The notes under the pieces: model-generated
Database searches by the model: none
Told to the model about the DNA's origin: nothing
What the model saw: only the letters and a program-made list of their open reading frames with translations
Part shown: positions 20,822-31,470 of the stretch, piece after piece
How the letters are laid out: every line of letters starts with the position of its first letter
Numbering within the stretch: position 1 is the stretch's first letter
From: Chamaesiphon sp.
GTDB lineage: Bacteria; Cyanobacteriota; Cyanobacteriia; Cyanobacteriales; Chamaesiphonaceae
Length of the DNA stretch: 64,000 nt
Direction: 5' to 3'
Assembly: GCA_965246715.1 (NCBI GenBank)
Contig: CBDFFH010000027.1
Span: 64,001-128,000 of the forward strand
Program-made: the position numbers and the translations under genes

Positions 20822-21208
20822 TTAATGAGGCAGACTAGTTACTTGAAAAGCTACTACACGCCAACGATCGGGCTGCCGTAGCCAGACTCGGATAATCCGG
20901 TAGAGTCCGCGATCGGTTTTGCCTTTATATGTTTCATTCACATCCCAAGTTGCCGTGACGATCGCGGTATTTTCGTGAATTCGGACTAAAATATCGCTGG
21001 GATTGATATATTCCATTTGAACTAGCTTCTGTGCTAAGTTCTCTAGATAAGTTGCGCGATCGACGACTTCACCAACAGGGCTGGTATACAAGAAGTCATC
21101 GGTCAAAAAATCATCGAAGGTTTCAGCATCATTTTTGATATAAACATCAATCCATTCCTGCTCCGCAGCCATCACTTCTCTTGTTACATCGGATTCAGCG
21201 ATGTTCAT
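20822..21208 (-). CDS. NTF2/DUF4440 family protein
   Basis: LTDDFLYTSPVG..VW..WRVVAFQ. Confidence 0.85.
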   Translation of the reverse strand: MNIAESDVTREVMAAEQEWIDVYIKNDAETFDDFLTDDFLYTSPVGEVVDRATYLENLAQKLVQMEYINPSDILVRIHENTAIVTATWDVNETYKGKTDRGLYRIIRVWLRQPDRWRVVAFQVTSLPH

Positions 21209-21308
21209 ATTCTGTCTGCTCCTATCTCAAAATATGTAAGTTGTTGACAACGATCGTTCGCCATTAGCGCGATTGAATTGCACTAGACTAATTTGCATCG
21301 TAACTAAG

Positions 21309-21737
21309 TTATGGTTGCAAATTCTTCAGCCGCTTGCGCTCTAGAGAATAAGCAATACCCAGCAATATGAAAATAACCACATCAACAATTGGTTGAAATG
21401 GAACTGCATTTGCAGCAAACTCTGGATCGATTAGTGCGGTTCCAGGAAAAAACACGCTACCTAGTTGCGTAATCCAGTAAGCAGATGCAAATACCAATGC
21501 GGCTCTAAGCTGAACCTTCTGAGCTGAAATATCTCGTGCCGATCGCCATGTAAACCAGAGCGTACTCGTGCCTAGCACTACAGCCAGCAGCATTGTTTGT
21601 GCATTATGAAACTTAGCATGTGGAGTCCAATGTGGATTATAAATATGTGTTTGATTCCAATCAAATACATATGGGCTAATTATGGTAAACACCGCAACAA
21701 ATGTAATAATTGACCTACCAGCTCGGATGTTTCTCAT
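21309..21737 (-). CDS. Membrane protein (DUF6640-like)
   Basis: DWNQTHIYNPHWTPHAKFHNAQT motif and four TM segments. Confidence 0.65.
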   Translation of the reverse strand: MRNIRAGRSIITFVAVFTIISPYVFDWNQTHIYNPHWTPHAKFHNAQTMLLAVVLGTSTLWFTWRSARDISAQKVQLRAALVFASAYWITQLGSVFFPGTALIDPEFAANAVPFQPIVDVVIFILLGIAYSLERKRLKNLQP

Positions 21738-21752
21738 ATTACTCCCTACTAT

Positions 21753-22100
21753 TTAATCCTCTACAATGCCATTTATATCGGCAGTAAATTCCACCGTATA
21801 AAGGTGTTGGTCGGCACTAATTAATAAATCTTTATTAACTTCCCGCAACCTCAGATACTCAGCATCCCGATGACTGGCTTCAAACGCTGCTTGACTTTCC
21901 CACTGGGTATAATTGACAACGCGCACACCATCAATACTCCGATGGATGCTTGAAGCAATAAATCCAGGTTGTTTCCGCATTACTGTGTCGAGTTCCGATC
22001 GCAGTGCAGCTAGCAAAGCTGCTTGTTTTTCTGCTGCAACTGTAAAGACATTCACCATCGTGATGACTGGATTGCTCTTTTTGATTGTGATGCGATTCAT
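21753..22100 (-). CDS. Antibiotic biosynthesis monooxygenase family protein
   Basis: QPGFIASSIHRS..VVNYTQWES. Confidence 0.88.
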   Translation of the reverse strand: MNRITIKKSNPVITMVNVFTVAAEKQAALLAALRSELDTVMRKQPGFIASSIHRSIDGVRVVNYTQWESQAAFEASHRDAEYLRLREVNKDLLISADQHLYTVEFTADINGIVED

Positions 22101-22177
22101 AATTTAATTTCTCCTTGAATTTTTAGAGGTTTGCCCGATCGAATAACTCCTCAATCTTCACCAAAGGTGATGTGAAG

Positions 22178-22912
22178 CTACAAAATACCACCGTTAGCTT
22201 GAATATTCTGTCCTGTCACCCAATGGGCATCATCACTGACCAAAAACGCCACCACATCCGCGATATCTCCTGGTTGTCCCAAGCGTCCGAGGGGTGTTTG
22301 TTGAATCAGCGGATCGATCGCAGCTTGAGGCATCGTTAACCCATCCGTATCGGTGACACCTGGAGAGATGACATTGACCGTTACCTGACGATGCCCGATT
22401 TCTTTAGCCAGAGCGAAAGCAAATCGTTCGCCTGCGGCTTTACTGGCGGCATAAATACCACCAGTTGGAATCGGCATCATCGTCCCACCAGTCGAGAATT
22501 GGACGATCCGACCGCTATCTTTCACGCGATTAGCGGCTGCTTGCAACATATACATCGCACCCTTGGCATTGACCGAAAATACTTTGTCAAAGTCCTCGTC
22601 AGTTAATTCGGTATGGGGCTTAAATACCGATACTCCTGCCACATTCACAACGATATCGATATCGCCTAATTTCTGTTCGGTTTCATCAAACAAGCGCAGC
22701 ACGTCAGCTCGATCTGCCACACTGCCTTGAATTGCGATCGCTCGTCCACCCTGCGATTCAATCTCTTGGACTACAGCGTGAGCTTTGTCGGGGGAAGCGA
22801 TATAGTTGACTGCAACTGTTGCACCATCTTTACTCAAGCGTAAAGCCACCGCTCGCCCAATCCCCCGCGATGAAGCCGTCACGATCGCCACTTTTCCGGT
22901 TAAATTTGTCAT
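22178..22912 (-). CDS. SDR oxidoreductase
   Basis: TASSRGIG, YAASK, PLGRLG. Confidence 0.92.
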   Translation of the reverse strand: MTNLTGKVAIVTASSRGIGRAVALRLSKDGATVAVNYIASPDKAHAVVQEIESQGGRAIAIQGSVADRADVLRLFDETEQKLGDIDIVVNVAGVSVFKPHTELTDEDFDKVFSVNAKGAMYMLQAAANRVKDSGRIVQFSTGGTMMPIPTGGIYAASKAAGERFAFALAKEIGHRQVTVNVISPGVTDTDGLTMPQAAIDPLIQQTPLGRLGQPGDIADVVAFLVSDDAHWVTGQNIQANGGIL

Positions 22913-23097
22913 GAGTAGCCTCTTACTATTTTAAATTCTGTCTTTACAACAAATACTAAAAAATGGTTGAAGTATTCCTTTTGGGATATTACGGTCGATC
23001 GCCCAATCTCGAAATCAATCAAAAGAAAGATTTTTGAACCAAATTTGCTAAATTTAACCTCTACATTTCGATCGCGATTTTAAAAAGTATTGAGATT

Positions 23098-24303
23098 TTA
23101 AGTTGCCTCAGAGCGGGTGAGGTTTCGCACTTGAGACTTAAAGACTGCAACTACCAGCGCGATCGCGACTAAAATCCCGCCAGTCAGAGCATAGACTCCG
23201 CCTAAGCCGAGCGTTTTAGTAAATGGTTGACTGGCAATCGGCGATAGAAACTGTCCCAAAAACATCGCGGTGGAAAGACCGCCCAAAGCCAGACCCCGCT
23301 TGGTATCGGGGACGGCGGTACTGAGCCAAACTGTCATATTCGGCATTAAGATCCCCAGCCCCATTCCAGCGATTGCTAAACCAGCCAACACTTGCGCCCA
23401 GATCGAGCTTTGTCCGATGAGTAAATAGCCAATGCCCATCAAGCCAAAGATAATCGGTAGAAAACCAACAAAGTCTAGCCGCTGTCTGAGTTTGGCATAG
23501 CTTACAGAGGCTCCAGCACTAAATAACGTACATAAAGCGATCGCCATCCCACTTTGGGTAGGTTCAGCTTTGACTAAGCTCTCTAGGAAGAACGGCAACT
23601 GCACGGGAATGAGATAGAAAGCGAGTTGGCTGATTACTGTTAAACCATAAACGATCGCCATAATCGCGATCGGTAAAGCCTGAGTAGAGGTATTTGCCTT
23701 AGAATCGCGGGCGATCGAATGCTGCCGATCGGGTTCTAAGATAAATAGCGCGATCGCTGGGACAATCGCCCAAGCAAACAGATAGATGCCGAAGGGAAAA
23801 TGCCAATTTTGCTGTGCTAGAGTGCCTCCCAGCGTCAGGAACAACACCCCACCCAAACCCATCGAGCCTGCTTGCAAACCCATGAAGGCTGCTCGATCTG
23901 AGCCAGTATAGTAATCGGCAATCAGCGTCGTCGCGCTCACCATTACGCCAGCAACCGCCAATCCCAAACAGGCACGTCCGATTAAAATTGCGGTTAAATC
24001 GTTGAGGTACAGCCCCGAACTGCCTACTAGTCCATAGACAAACGTTGCAGATAATAGTAAGGTTTTGCGTCCATAACGATCGACGATCGCCCCGGCAATT
24101 AGCGAACCAATTACAATAAACAGTACGGGCATAGTAATCGTTAATTTGACTAATGTAGTTAGGGTGTCCCGATCGACACTCCCAGTTACAAAATGTTTGG
24201 TCATTGCGGGTAGAGCTGGCGAGACAGTTGCCCCAGACATCACCGTCAGGCTACTAGCCAATAACAGTGTTAATTTGGTCGTCCAAGTATTGGGATTTGA
24301 CAT
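23098..24303 (-). CDS. MFS transporter
   Basis: DRYGRK motif A and ~12 TM segments. Confidence 0.92.
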   Translation of the reverse strand: MSNPNTWTTKLTLLLASSLTVMSGATVSPALPAMTKHFVTGSVDRDTLTTLVKLTITMPVLFIVIGSLIAGAIVDRYGRKTLLLSATFVYGLVGSSGLYLNDLTAILIGRACLGLAVAGVMVSATTLIADYYTGSDRAAFMGLQAGSMGLGGVLFLTLGGTLAQQNWHFPFGIYLFAWAIVPAIALFILEPDRQHSIARDSKANTSTQALPIAIMAIVYGLTVISQLAFYLIPVQLPFFLESLVKAEPTQSGMAIALCTLFSAGASVSYAKLRQRLDFVGFLPIIFGLMGIGYLLIGQSSIWAQVLAGLAIAGMGLGILMPNMTVWLSTAVPDTKRGLALGGLSTAMFLGQFLSPIASQPFTKTLGLGGVYALTGGILVAIALVVAVFKSQVRNLTRSEAT

Positions 24304-24350
24304 CAGTTAACTCTTTTTTATTAATAGTTACAACTCGATCTAATATCTTT

Positions 24351-25283
24351 TTAGCCGATCGATGACTGGAGATGTTCGAGTGGCTCTATATTATGAAAAT
24401 GAGCAAAATCAATATACCGATTGCGATCGTCAACGATGTGAATGATATCGACTAGTCGGTGATTCAAAACGATATGATGCGCGCCATAAGTGTGGCGAGA
24501 ATGCACATTTTGCGAGACAGTTTCATCCATCCCGCTTAATGCTGCGATAATCTGCGATTGAGAAGCAATCAAAGATTCAGCCGAAAAACCATATAGGGGA
24601 CTGTGCTCGTCGATCGGGTGCATCAATGTCCACGGGAGTGAGAAAGTGGGCGTATGGGAACGCGATAACGACAGTTGATAAAATCGCCTAATCTGTTGCC
24701 CTTCTGTAGTAACTTCATCCCGACTGAGGTAGATCGTCACCTGTGCTTCGAGAATCTGATTGCGCCGCTGATTGCCAGCTCGAAACATTAAAGTGGGCAG
24801 ATCGTTGTGGGGTGCAATTACGGCAAACTTACTAAAAATCACCTTGGCTGTCGGACGCGAAAACCGCGCAAAACTAATTCCCGTCAATAGTGCGAGTGCA
24901 AACAAACTGGCGATCGATTCGATCGTCACGATCGTATTGGCATAGGTAGTTTGCGGAGACATCACCCCATAACCGATCCCCGCAAAAGTCTGAACGCTAA
25001 AGAAAAAAGCATCTTCAAAGGAGCCAGGTTTACCATTGAGGATGCCATTTCCTCCCAGCAGAAATAGCCCCGCAAAGATAACATTCAAGCCCAAGTATAA
25101 ACAGCAAACAATAACGATAAAACCCCACCAAGGCAATGTCAACATCAAGTGGTAAGGTTCTTGCCAGTTTCGATACCATTTGTTGAGTCCCTGCACTGAA
25201 AATAGCCCATCTTCAACCTTGATATGGAGTCTATTTCTTGAAGATAATTGCGGCGATCGAATGCCAATTTTGGGAATTTTCAT
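24351..25283 (-). CDS. KirBac-type inward rectifier potassium channel
   Basis: DAFFFSVQTFAGIGYG pore, FARFSRP, HPIDEHSPL. Confidence 0.9.
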   Translation of the reverse strand: MKIPKIGIRSPQLSSRNRLHIKVEDGLFSVQGLNKWYRNWQEPYHLMLTLPWWGFIVIVCCLYLGLNVIFAGLFLLGGNGILNGKPGSFEDAFFFSVQTFAGIGYGVMSPQTTYANTIVTIESIASLFALALLTGISFARFSRPTAKVIFSKFAVIAPHNDLPTLMFRAGNQRRNQILEAQVTIYLSRDEVTTEGQQIRRFYQLSLSRSHTPTFSLPWTLMHPIDEHSPLYGFSAESLIASQSQIIAALSGMDETVSQNVHSRHTYGAHHIVLNHRLVDIIHIVDDRNRYIDFAHFHNIEPLEHLQSSIG

Positions 25284-25284
25284 T

Positions 25285-25689
25285 TTAATTATTAGCAAGG
25301 ACTGAGGTAAATTTAGCGAAGTAGGCAGGATCGGCGATGCGATTAATTAGCAACATTTTTCCATCACTATTCACAATAGATCGATCGCCGAAATGTCCTT
25401 CTAACTCTTCACCGCTGAACTTAATCCGAATCTTCAAGACTTCATGATAGATAATGCGACCTGGGTAGACTTCAATCGGATTATAAGCCTGAGCCGATTT
25501 AAACTCGATTTTGGCAAAGATTGATTGCCAAGTTGTTGGGTTACAGAAGAATGCCGAACCTTCATGCGACTTATCATTGACAATATAAGCCAGTCCTGGA
25601 TGGAAAAGTTGGGCAATCGCCTGCGAGTTAGTTTGTTGTAATGCCGCAGCATAATCGTTAAGCCATTGCATACCAATAGATGTGGTCAT
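25285..25689 (-). CDS. Hypothetical protein, possibly NTF2-like fold
   Basis: 134-aa ORF in operon; WLNDYAAAL..IAQLFHP. Confidence 0.6.
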   Translation of the reverse strand: MTTSIGMQWLNDYAAALQQTNSQAIAQLFHPGLAYIVNDKSHEGSAFFCNPTTWQSIFAKIEFKSAQAYNPIEVYPGRIIYHEVLKIRIKFSGEELEGHFGDRSIVNSDGKMLLINRIADPAYFAKFTSVLANN

Positions 25690-25733
25690 GAATTACTTCC
25701 GCTAATCGGTTTCCTGTCAACTTTCAATCTAAA

Positions 25734-26474
25734 TCAAACTAAAGCATCGCCGCCGTCTACGAGTAAAGTAGCTCCGGTGACAAAGCCATTACCCATCAAA
25801 AAAAGTACGGCATCAGCAATCTCTTCAGGTTTACCGATTCGCTGGACTGGCAACTTATTAGCGATCGCTTCGACAATTTCATCCCGCTGTTCGCCGAATA
25901 CTTTATCGAGCATTTCACTATCGATTACACCCGCACAAACTGTATTTACTCGAATTGGTGCTAACTCTACGGCTAAATTTCGGGCTACAGCTTCAATCCC
26001 AGCATTGGCAGCACCAGCAACGGCAAATCCAGGATAACCGCGCCGACCAGCCAACCCTGAAATAAAGGTAATCGAACCATTCATCCGAATTCGATCGCTG
26101 GTATGTTTCACTACCTGTAAAGCTCCCCAAATCTTGCTGTCTAAAGTCGGACGCAGTTTCTCGATCGTGGTTGCGGGTAAGGTAGCAGTGGTGGCATCTT
26201 GAGCGGAAATAAACAGGTGGTCGAAATCCCCAATCTTGGCAAATGCTTGGGATATGGCAGCTTCATCCATGATATCAATTGCGATCGCTCGAACATGCTC
26301 TCCAATCGCATCTTTGGCTCGATTCCGCAAAGCGGAGGCTACGCCAACGAGTTTAGATAGCGATCGTCCCAAAATGAAAATGCTTGCACCTTCACTATGC
26401 GCTAGTTTTGCCACTGCCAAGCCAATACCCGAACCACCGCCGACGATCGCTACAACCTTATTTGTTAATCGCAT
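25734..26474 (-). CDS. SDR oxidoreductase with an 8-aa in-frame micro-element insertion
   Basis: GGGSGIG, ELAPIRVN; VGVASALRN insert. Confidence 0.9.
   Translation of the reverse strand: MRLTNKVVAIVGGGSGIGLAVAKLAHSEGASIFILGRSLSKLVGVASALRNRAKDAIGEHVRAIAIDIMDEAAISQAFAKIGDFDHLFISAQDATTATLPATTIEKLRPTLDSKIWGALQVVKHTSDRIRMNGSITFISGLAGRRGYPGFAVAGAANAGIEAVARNLAVELAPIRVNTVCAGVIDSEMLDKVFGEQRDEIVEAIANKLPVQRIGKPEEIADAVLFLMGNGFVTGATLLVDGGDALV
26324..26347 (-). mobile_element. HIP1-core-targeted micro-element (24 bp, in frame)
   Basis: CG^TTGGCGTAGCCTCCGCTTTGCGGA^ATCG; removal restores SKLDRAK. Confidence 0.85.
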
Positions 26475-26581
26475 TTTTAACTCCTTCACCTAATGTCATC
26501 ACTCATCTTGCCTCAATTAAATAAGTAGATCGGGATAAAGATCGATCGGTGCGATCGCGCGGCCAAACAGAACGTAAGCTC

Positions 26582-27373
26582 TCAGTTAACCGTCGGCACA
26601 AAGCCACCATCAACTCGAATATTCGCACCATTGATATAGTCAGCTTTAGGACTGGCAATAAAGGCAACCGCGTTAGCAACATCTTCAACTCGTCCGAGTC
26701 GTCCCGATGGATTTGGTCCCCACTCCGCCACCAACTTCTGTTCGCGCTCCCCTTTATCTTTAGGAACTCCCGCCTCATCAGCCAGCTTGTCGATCATTTC
26801 TGTCCAGATGACTCCAGGACTGATAGCGTTGCTCGTCACACCTGTATTAGCCAGGGCATTGGCAAGCGAAACAGAAAGATTGACTACGGCTGCTTTTGAA
26901 GCAGCATAAGCACCCTGATAGACCAAGGGTTTACTGGCTTCGCCGCTGGCAATGGAGACGATCCTTCCCCAGCCCCGCTCCCGCATTCCTGGCGCAAGGC
27001 GATTGGTCAGCCGGACAATGCCAGCAACGTTGAGGTTATAGATTTCCATCCAGGTATCGGCATTTGTTTGAAACCAATCCCCCATCGGTGCAATGCCTGC
27101 ATTGTTGACTAAAATATCGATGCCGCCCAGGGTATTCTGTATTGCTGTGACAACGGCTTCTGCTCCTGCTTCTGTAGCTAGATCGCCCACTGCAATCGAC
27201 GCTCTCCCTCCTGCTGCAATGATTTCATTGGCAACTCGCTTGGCTGCGGTTTCTCTCCTGCCCTGCACGATAACGATCGCGCCTTCAGTTGCTAGCGTTT
27301 TGGCGATCGCTTCCCCAATGCCGCTAGTGCTGCCCGTCACAAGTGCTCGTTTGTCTTGAAGTTGTAAGTCCAT
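26582..27373 (-). CDS. SDR oxidoreductase
   Basis: TGSTSGIG, NNAG, YAASK. Confidence 0.92.
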   Translation of the reverse strand: MDLQLQDKRALVTGSTSGIGEAIAKTLATEGAIVIVQGRRETAAKRVANEIIAAGGRASIAVGDLATEAGAEAVVTAIQNTLGGIDILVNNAGIAPMGDWFQTNADTWMEIYNLNVAGIVRLTNRLAPGMRERGWGRIVSIASGEASKPLVYQGAYAASKAAVVNLSVSLANALANTGVTSNAISPGVIWTEMIDKLADEAGVPKDKGEREQKLVAEWGPNPSGRLGRVEDVANAVAFIASPKADYINGANIRVDGGFVPTVN

Positions 27374-27450
27374 CTTGGGTTCTCCTATTTCGATTAATCA
27401 GAAATCTCTTGACGATCGTGCCTGAAATCTAGCTGGTGGGCAGCGATGCG

Positions 27451-28494
27451 CTATGGAATAACACGATCGACTTGCAATTTCTGAAAGGAATTCAAGAACA
27501 TCTGTTCGGAGTCATAACAGTCAGAGAACCCATATTGTCGCGCTTTGAGTGTATCGGACATGATGTCATAATCGAGTGCAAAACAGGCATCGGCGTATGC
27601 CCAGGATGCAATCTCTTCAAATTTGTAGGGCTGAAGCTCGTAACGCTGAACGAGGGAATCCCACAAGGTAGACTTATCAGCCATGAACTCTACCAAGTTG
27701 AGCGGCTGGGGATAGCCTACCTCCAGACCAAAGTGGGTGGCGATTTTAGACCAAAGATGTTCCCAACGAAAGAAGTCTCCATTCGTGATATTAAAGGTTT
27801 GACCAGCACACTGTTCCTCGGTTGCTGACCAAACCATTGCTTTGGCTAGTAGCGTTGCATCAGTCACCTCAAACAATGTGGAGTAGGCTGCTTTCTTACC
27901 TGGAAACCGCAAAGGCAATCCTAATTCTCTTGAAATCACTGCATACATGGCGATCGCAGTTAAGAGATTCATCGGATTGCCAACAGCAAAACCGCAAACT
28001 GCGGAGGGTCGTAGTGCCGTCCAAGTCCAACCTGCTTGCTGGCTGTGCGATCGCAAATAATCTTCTTGGTCGTAATAAAAGTCCGGCGGCATGTGACGGG
28101 CATCGGTTTCTTTAGCTGGAGTTTTGTAAGCACCTAAATGAACGCCATATACTTTTCCGCCCTGCACGAGCACAACTCGATCCAGTGATGAAGATGTACT
28201 CTCAACTGCTTCAACCAGATGCTTGAGCAATGATAAGTTCACGGCACTTTCTCGAACGAGGCTTGCCTGTTGTTGATATGCTGCGAAAAAGATGTGGGTT
28301 ACATCCTTAACCTCTGTCAGTACCAGCTTACATGCCTCCGCATCTGTCAAATCCAAGCTGATATATGATACAGACGTTTCAAATTCTGGAGTACGACGTG
28401 AGATTGCTACAACGTCCCATTCTGATAATGTGCTCAGATAATTGGTCAATGCTCGTCCCGTAACTCCAAGTCCACCTGCAACTAGTGCCTTCAT
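27451..28494 (-). CDS. Atypical SDR, progesterone 5-beta-reductase/PRISE-like
   Basis: GGLGVTG, QGGKVYG, FYYDQED, WTALRP, FNITNGD. Confidence 0.82.
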   Translation of the reverse strand: MKALVAGGLGVTGRALTNYLSTLSEWDVVAISRRTPEFETSVSYISLDLTDAEACKLVLTEVKDVTHIFFAAYQQQASLVRESAVNLSLLKHLVEAVESTSSSLDRVVLVQGGKVYGVHLGAYKTPAKETDARHMPPDFYYDQEDYLRSHSQQAGWTWTALRPSAVCGFAVGNPMNLLTAIAMYAVISRELGLPLRFPGKKAAYSTLFEVTDATLLAKAMVWSATEEQCAGQTFNITNGDFFRWEHLWSKIATHFGLEVGYPQPLNLVEFMADKSTLWDSLVQRYELQPYKFEEIASWAYADACFALDYDIMSDTLKARQYGFSDCYDSEQMFLNSFQKLQVDRVIP

Positions 28495-28538
28495 TTCTCG
28501 GCTCCATAATTAAGTTAATTCAATTCATCGATCGCCCT

Positions 28539-29471
28539 TTAACTCAAGGAAATCACTAGCTTGCCACGGGTACGCCCACCTGCAACCTGCTCCTGCGCCT
28601 TTGCTGCGGTTTTCAGCGTAAAAACCTCTTGAATCGGTACTTGAATTCCACCCGCATCAGCGATCTTCCCAAGTTCATCTAAGATCCAAGCTTCAGGACG
28701 ACCTCCCGTATACCAGCCTTGAATGCCGCGCTCCATTGGCGGACCCAGCTTCTCTTCGCCACTAATCCAGCAGAGCTTGCCACCATCGCGGATTGCCCCA
28801 GGAGCGCATCGCTTAGTTTCGCCACCAATACAGGACAAGACTGCATCCACACCGCCTGGATGAAGTATTTTTACCGCCTCCACCCAATCACCCTGCGTGT
28901 AATCGATAACGGCATCTGCTCCCAGTTGTTGAAGGAATTCATGATTGCGGGCTGAGGCTGTAGCAATTACACGAGCACCGAGGTAATGACACAGTTGAAC
29001 GGCAATGCTCCCCACCCCACCCGATGCCGCTGCGATCGCGATCGTTTCATCTCGCTGCACTTTGAGGGCTTCCATGATGGCAAGATAGGCAGTTAATCCG
29101 ACGCAGGGTAAGCCAGCCGCTTCTTCAAAACTCAGCGATCGCGGTTTATGTGCGGTATAAGCTGCGGACACGCTGACAAACTCAGCGTAGGTGCCATTGC
29201 CACCCAGCTTATAGCCAAAGACCTCATCGCCAACCTTGAACGCTGTGACTTCATCCCCAACTTTGACCACAATGCCAGAGAAATCTGACCCCATGACCGA
29301 CGGAAACACGTTCGTACCCATATAGCCGTCGCGGAACATCGTATCGACCAAGTTAACACCAGCAGCTTTGACTTGCACCAGTAGATCGCTAGCACCAATT
29401 TCTGGTACGGCAAGATCGGCAAGATGTAATTTGTCAGTCCCACCGTACTCAGTCACAAATATCGCTTTCAT
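28539..29471 (-). CDS. NADP-dependent oxidoreductase (MDR/QOR)
   Basis: GVNLVD, GSDFSG, AASGGVG, RGKLVI. Confidence 0.92.
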   Translation of the reverse strand: MKAIFVTEYGGTDKLHLADLAVPEIGASDLLVQVKAAGVNLVDTMFRDGYMGTNVFPSVMGSDFSGIVVKVGDEVTAFKVGDEVFGYKLGGNGTYAEFVSVSAAYTAHKPRSLSFEEAAGLPCVGLTAYLAIMEALKVQRDETIAIAAASGGVGSIAVQLCHYLGARVIATASARNHEFLQQLGADAVIDYTQGDWVEAVKILHPGGVDAVLSCIGGETKRCAPGAIRDGGKLCWISGEEKLGPPMERGIQGWYTGGRPEAWILDELGKIADAGGIQVPIQEVFTLKTAAKAQEQVAGGRTRGKLVISLS

Positions 29472-29558
29472 AATTTTCTCCCTGTATTTAGAGTGTTCTC
29501 AAAATGGATGTGGTTACTCGCTTTCGTTCCGTTAAGCTATTCACAACGGAAGCCTGAA

Positions 29559-30329
29559 TTAGGCATCTTTGGGTTTGACCGATGAAACGATCGATAATCC
29601 CTCTAAGCCCATATCAAATGGCAGTTCGTCGATTACCCGCCGCTTCAATTTGCGCGTGAACATCAGCCGAGTGTAGCGGCGAGTGAAGGGATCGAGGCGT
29701 AGCAATTGTTCGGCCAACTCATTGGCTCTGGCAATCAGTTTGTCACGGGGATGAACCTCATTGACCATACCTATTTGCAACGCCTCTGTCGCAGTCAGCT
29801 TCTGCATTGTCAACAGAAAGTAATGTGCCCGCACATCGCCCATTGCGTGTGGGTAGAGAATCTGTACTCCATCAGCAGGCACAACGCCGCCCCCGACCGA
29901 TAAATGCTGATTATCCTGAAAGTACGCCTCCTCAGCCGCCAGAATAATGTCAGCCATCAGCGCATACTCACCGTGAATCCGCGCTGGACCATTCACCGCT
30001 GAGATCACCGGAACGCTAATGTCGAGAAAATTATAGATAAGCTGACGCGCTTCGGTAAGGATGGCATACCAGCCCGCAGGTTTTGTAATGTCGCCCACTG
30101 TGGAAAAGTCGATTTCGCTAATCCACTCATCGCCAGCACCCGTAAAGATAACAACCTCATTTTGTCGATCGCGGGCAATCTCACCAAACGCCTCGGCAAA
30201 CTCTCGGTGTGCTGTCCCTGTATGAATATGCGAACCGCCATTGGTATGCATGGCGATCGTCAAAATGCCAGAGTCGGTGCGCTCCAGTTTCAGGTTTTCG
30301 TACTTATTTTGATAGTCTGCAAATGTCAT
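29559..30329 (-). CDS. Crotonase-fold beta-diketone (6-oxocamphor) hydrolase-like protein
   Basis: MHTNGGS..AHREF, NGPARIH, FQDNQH..VPADG, GLEGL. Confidence 0.8.
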   Translation of the reverse strand: MTFADYQNKYENLKLERTDSGILTIAMHTNGGSHIHTGTAHREFAEAFGEIARDRQNEVVIFTGAGDEWISEIDFSTVGDITKPAGWYAILTEARQLIYNFLDISVPVISAVNGPARIHGEYALMADIILAAEEAYFQDNQHLSVGGGVVPADGVQILYPHAMGDVRAHYFLLTMQKLTATEALQIGMVNEVHPRDKLIARANELAEQLLRLDPFTRRYTRLMFTRKLKRRVIDELPFDMGLEGLSIVSSVKPKDA

Positions 30330-30403
30330 TTTGGTGTCCTCCAAAGAACTAAAAGTCAGTCATCGATCGTTATCTAGTCTTGAGAAAAATCTGCTGCCAA
30401 ACC

Positions 30404-31186
30404 CTATCGCTGCTGCATCACATCGATCGCCGAGAGACCCTCAAGCGCGAGACCGATACTGACTCCATCTTCCATCGATCGCTTCAGTTGTTGGGTCAAG
30501 AGTAAACGGGCGTATCGTAAAGCTAACGGTGGCTGTGCCGCCATTTGTGCTGCCAACTCATGCGCTCTGGGCAACAGCTTTTCGGGCGATAAAACTTCGT
30601 TCACGGCACCTAATTCCAATGCCTCTTGTGCTGAAAGCTTTTGCTGTGTCAGCAGGAAGTAACGACCGCGATTCACACCCAAGAGCAACATCCACAGCAC
30701 CTGAACGCCGTCTCCTGGAGCAACTCCGTTCCCAAAATGCGGAAAGTCTTGAAATATTGCTGTTTCAGAAGACAGTACGACATCACACAACAATGCCAAC
30801 TCTGAGTGAGCGATCGCAGGCCCATTCACAACGCCAATCGTCGGCACGGGAATGTCAAGCTGAGCGTTGACGTTGTGTCTGCCTCGCCAGTAGGTGCGAT
30901 CCCAACCGCTAGCCGTGATGTTTTTACCCAAGCCATCAAAGCTAGCAAAACTCTCAGGATCGAAGTCAGCACAAAAGTTTTCACCTGTACCAGTGAGAAT
31001 CACGACTTTGTTGTCACGATCGGCACTGATATCAGCGAAGGCAAACCCAAGCTCTTCATGGATTGTTTTATTGAAGACTAAGGAGCCTCCATTCGTGTGC
31101 AGCCGCATCTCTAAAATGCCGTTTTGCCGCTCTAGATGGATGGATTCATACTTGTTGGCGTAATCATCGAAGGTCATGGTCTTCAT
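30404..31186 (-). CDS. Crotonase-fold beta-diketone (6-oxocamphor) hydrolase-like protein
   Basis: LHTNGGS..IHEEL, NGPAIAH, FQDFPHFGNGVAPGDG, ALEGL. Confidence 0.82.
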   Translation of the reverse strand: MKTMTFDDYANKYESIHLERQNGILEMRLHTNGGSLVFNKTIHEELGFAFADISADRDNKVVILTGTGENFCADFDPESFASFDGLGKNITASGWDRTYWRGRHNVNAQLDIPVPTIGVVNGPAIAHSELALLCDVVLSSETAIFQDFPHFGNGVAPGDGVQVLWMLLLGVNRGRYFLLTQQKLSAQEALELGAVNEVLSPEKLLPRAHELAAQMAAQPPLALRYARLLLTQQLKRSMEDGVSIGLALEGLSAIDVMQQR

Positions 31187-31470
31187 TTTTGTTCTCCTAA
31201 AAAATAGATTCAAATTAAGGTTTAGAAATCTGTTTGTGTACCAAGTGTCTGACTTTAATACCATCGAATGCAGTGTCGATCGACATTTCTCTTCAAGCGT
31301 CCAGTTCAGCTACTATCGTCAACGATCGATATCTTTTCTCTGAGCAAGTTGTAAATCGCTCTAGGCATGATTTACTCTCTCACCTAAGCTTTGATGCTTT
31401 TCGTCTGTCGAGACCTTGAGTTTGAGCTGATGGCAAAGCATGGGCAAAAAAGCCTTTATCTTTATTTCCC

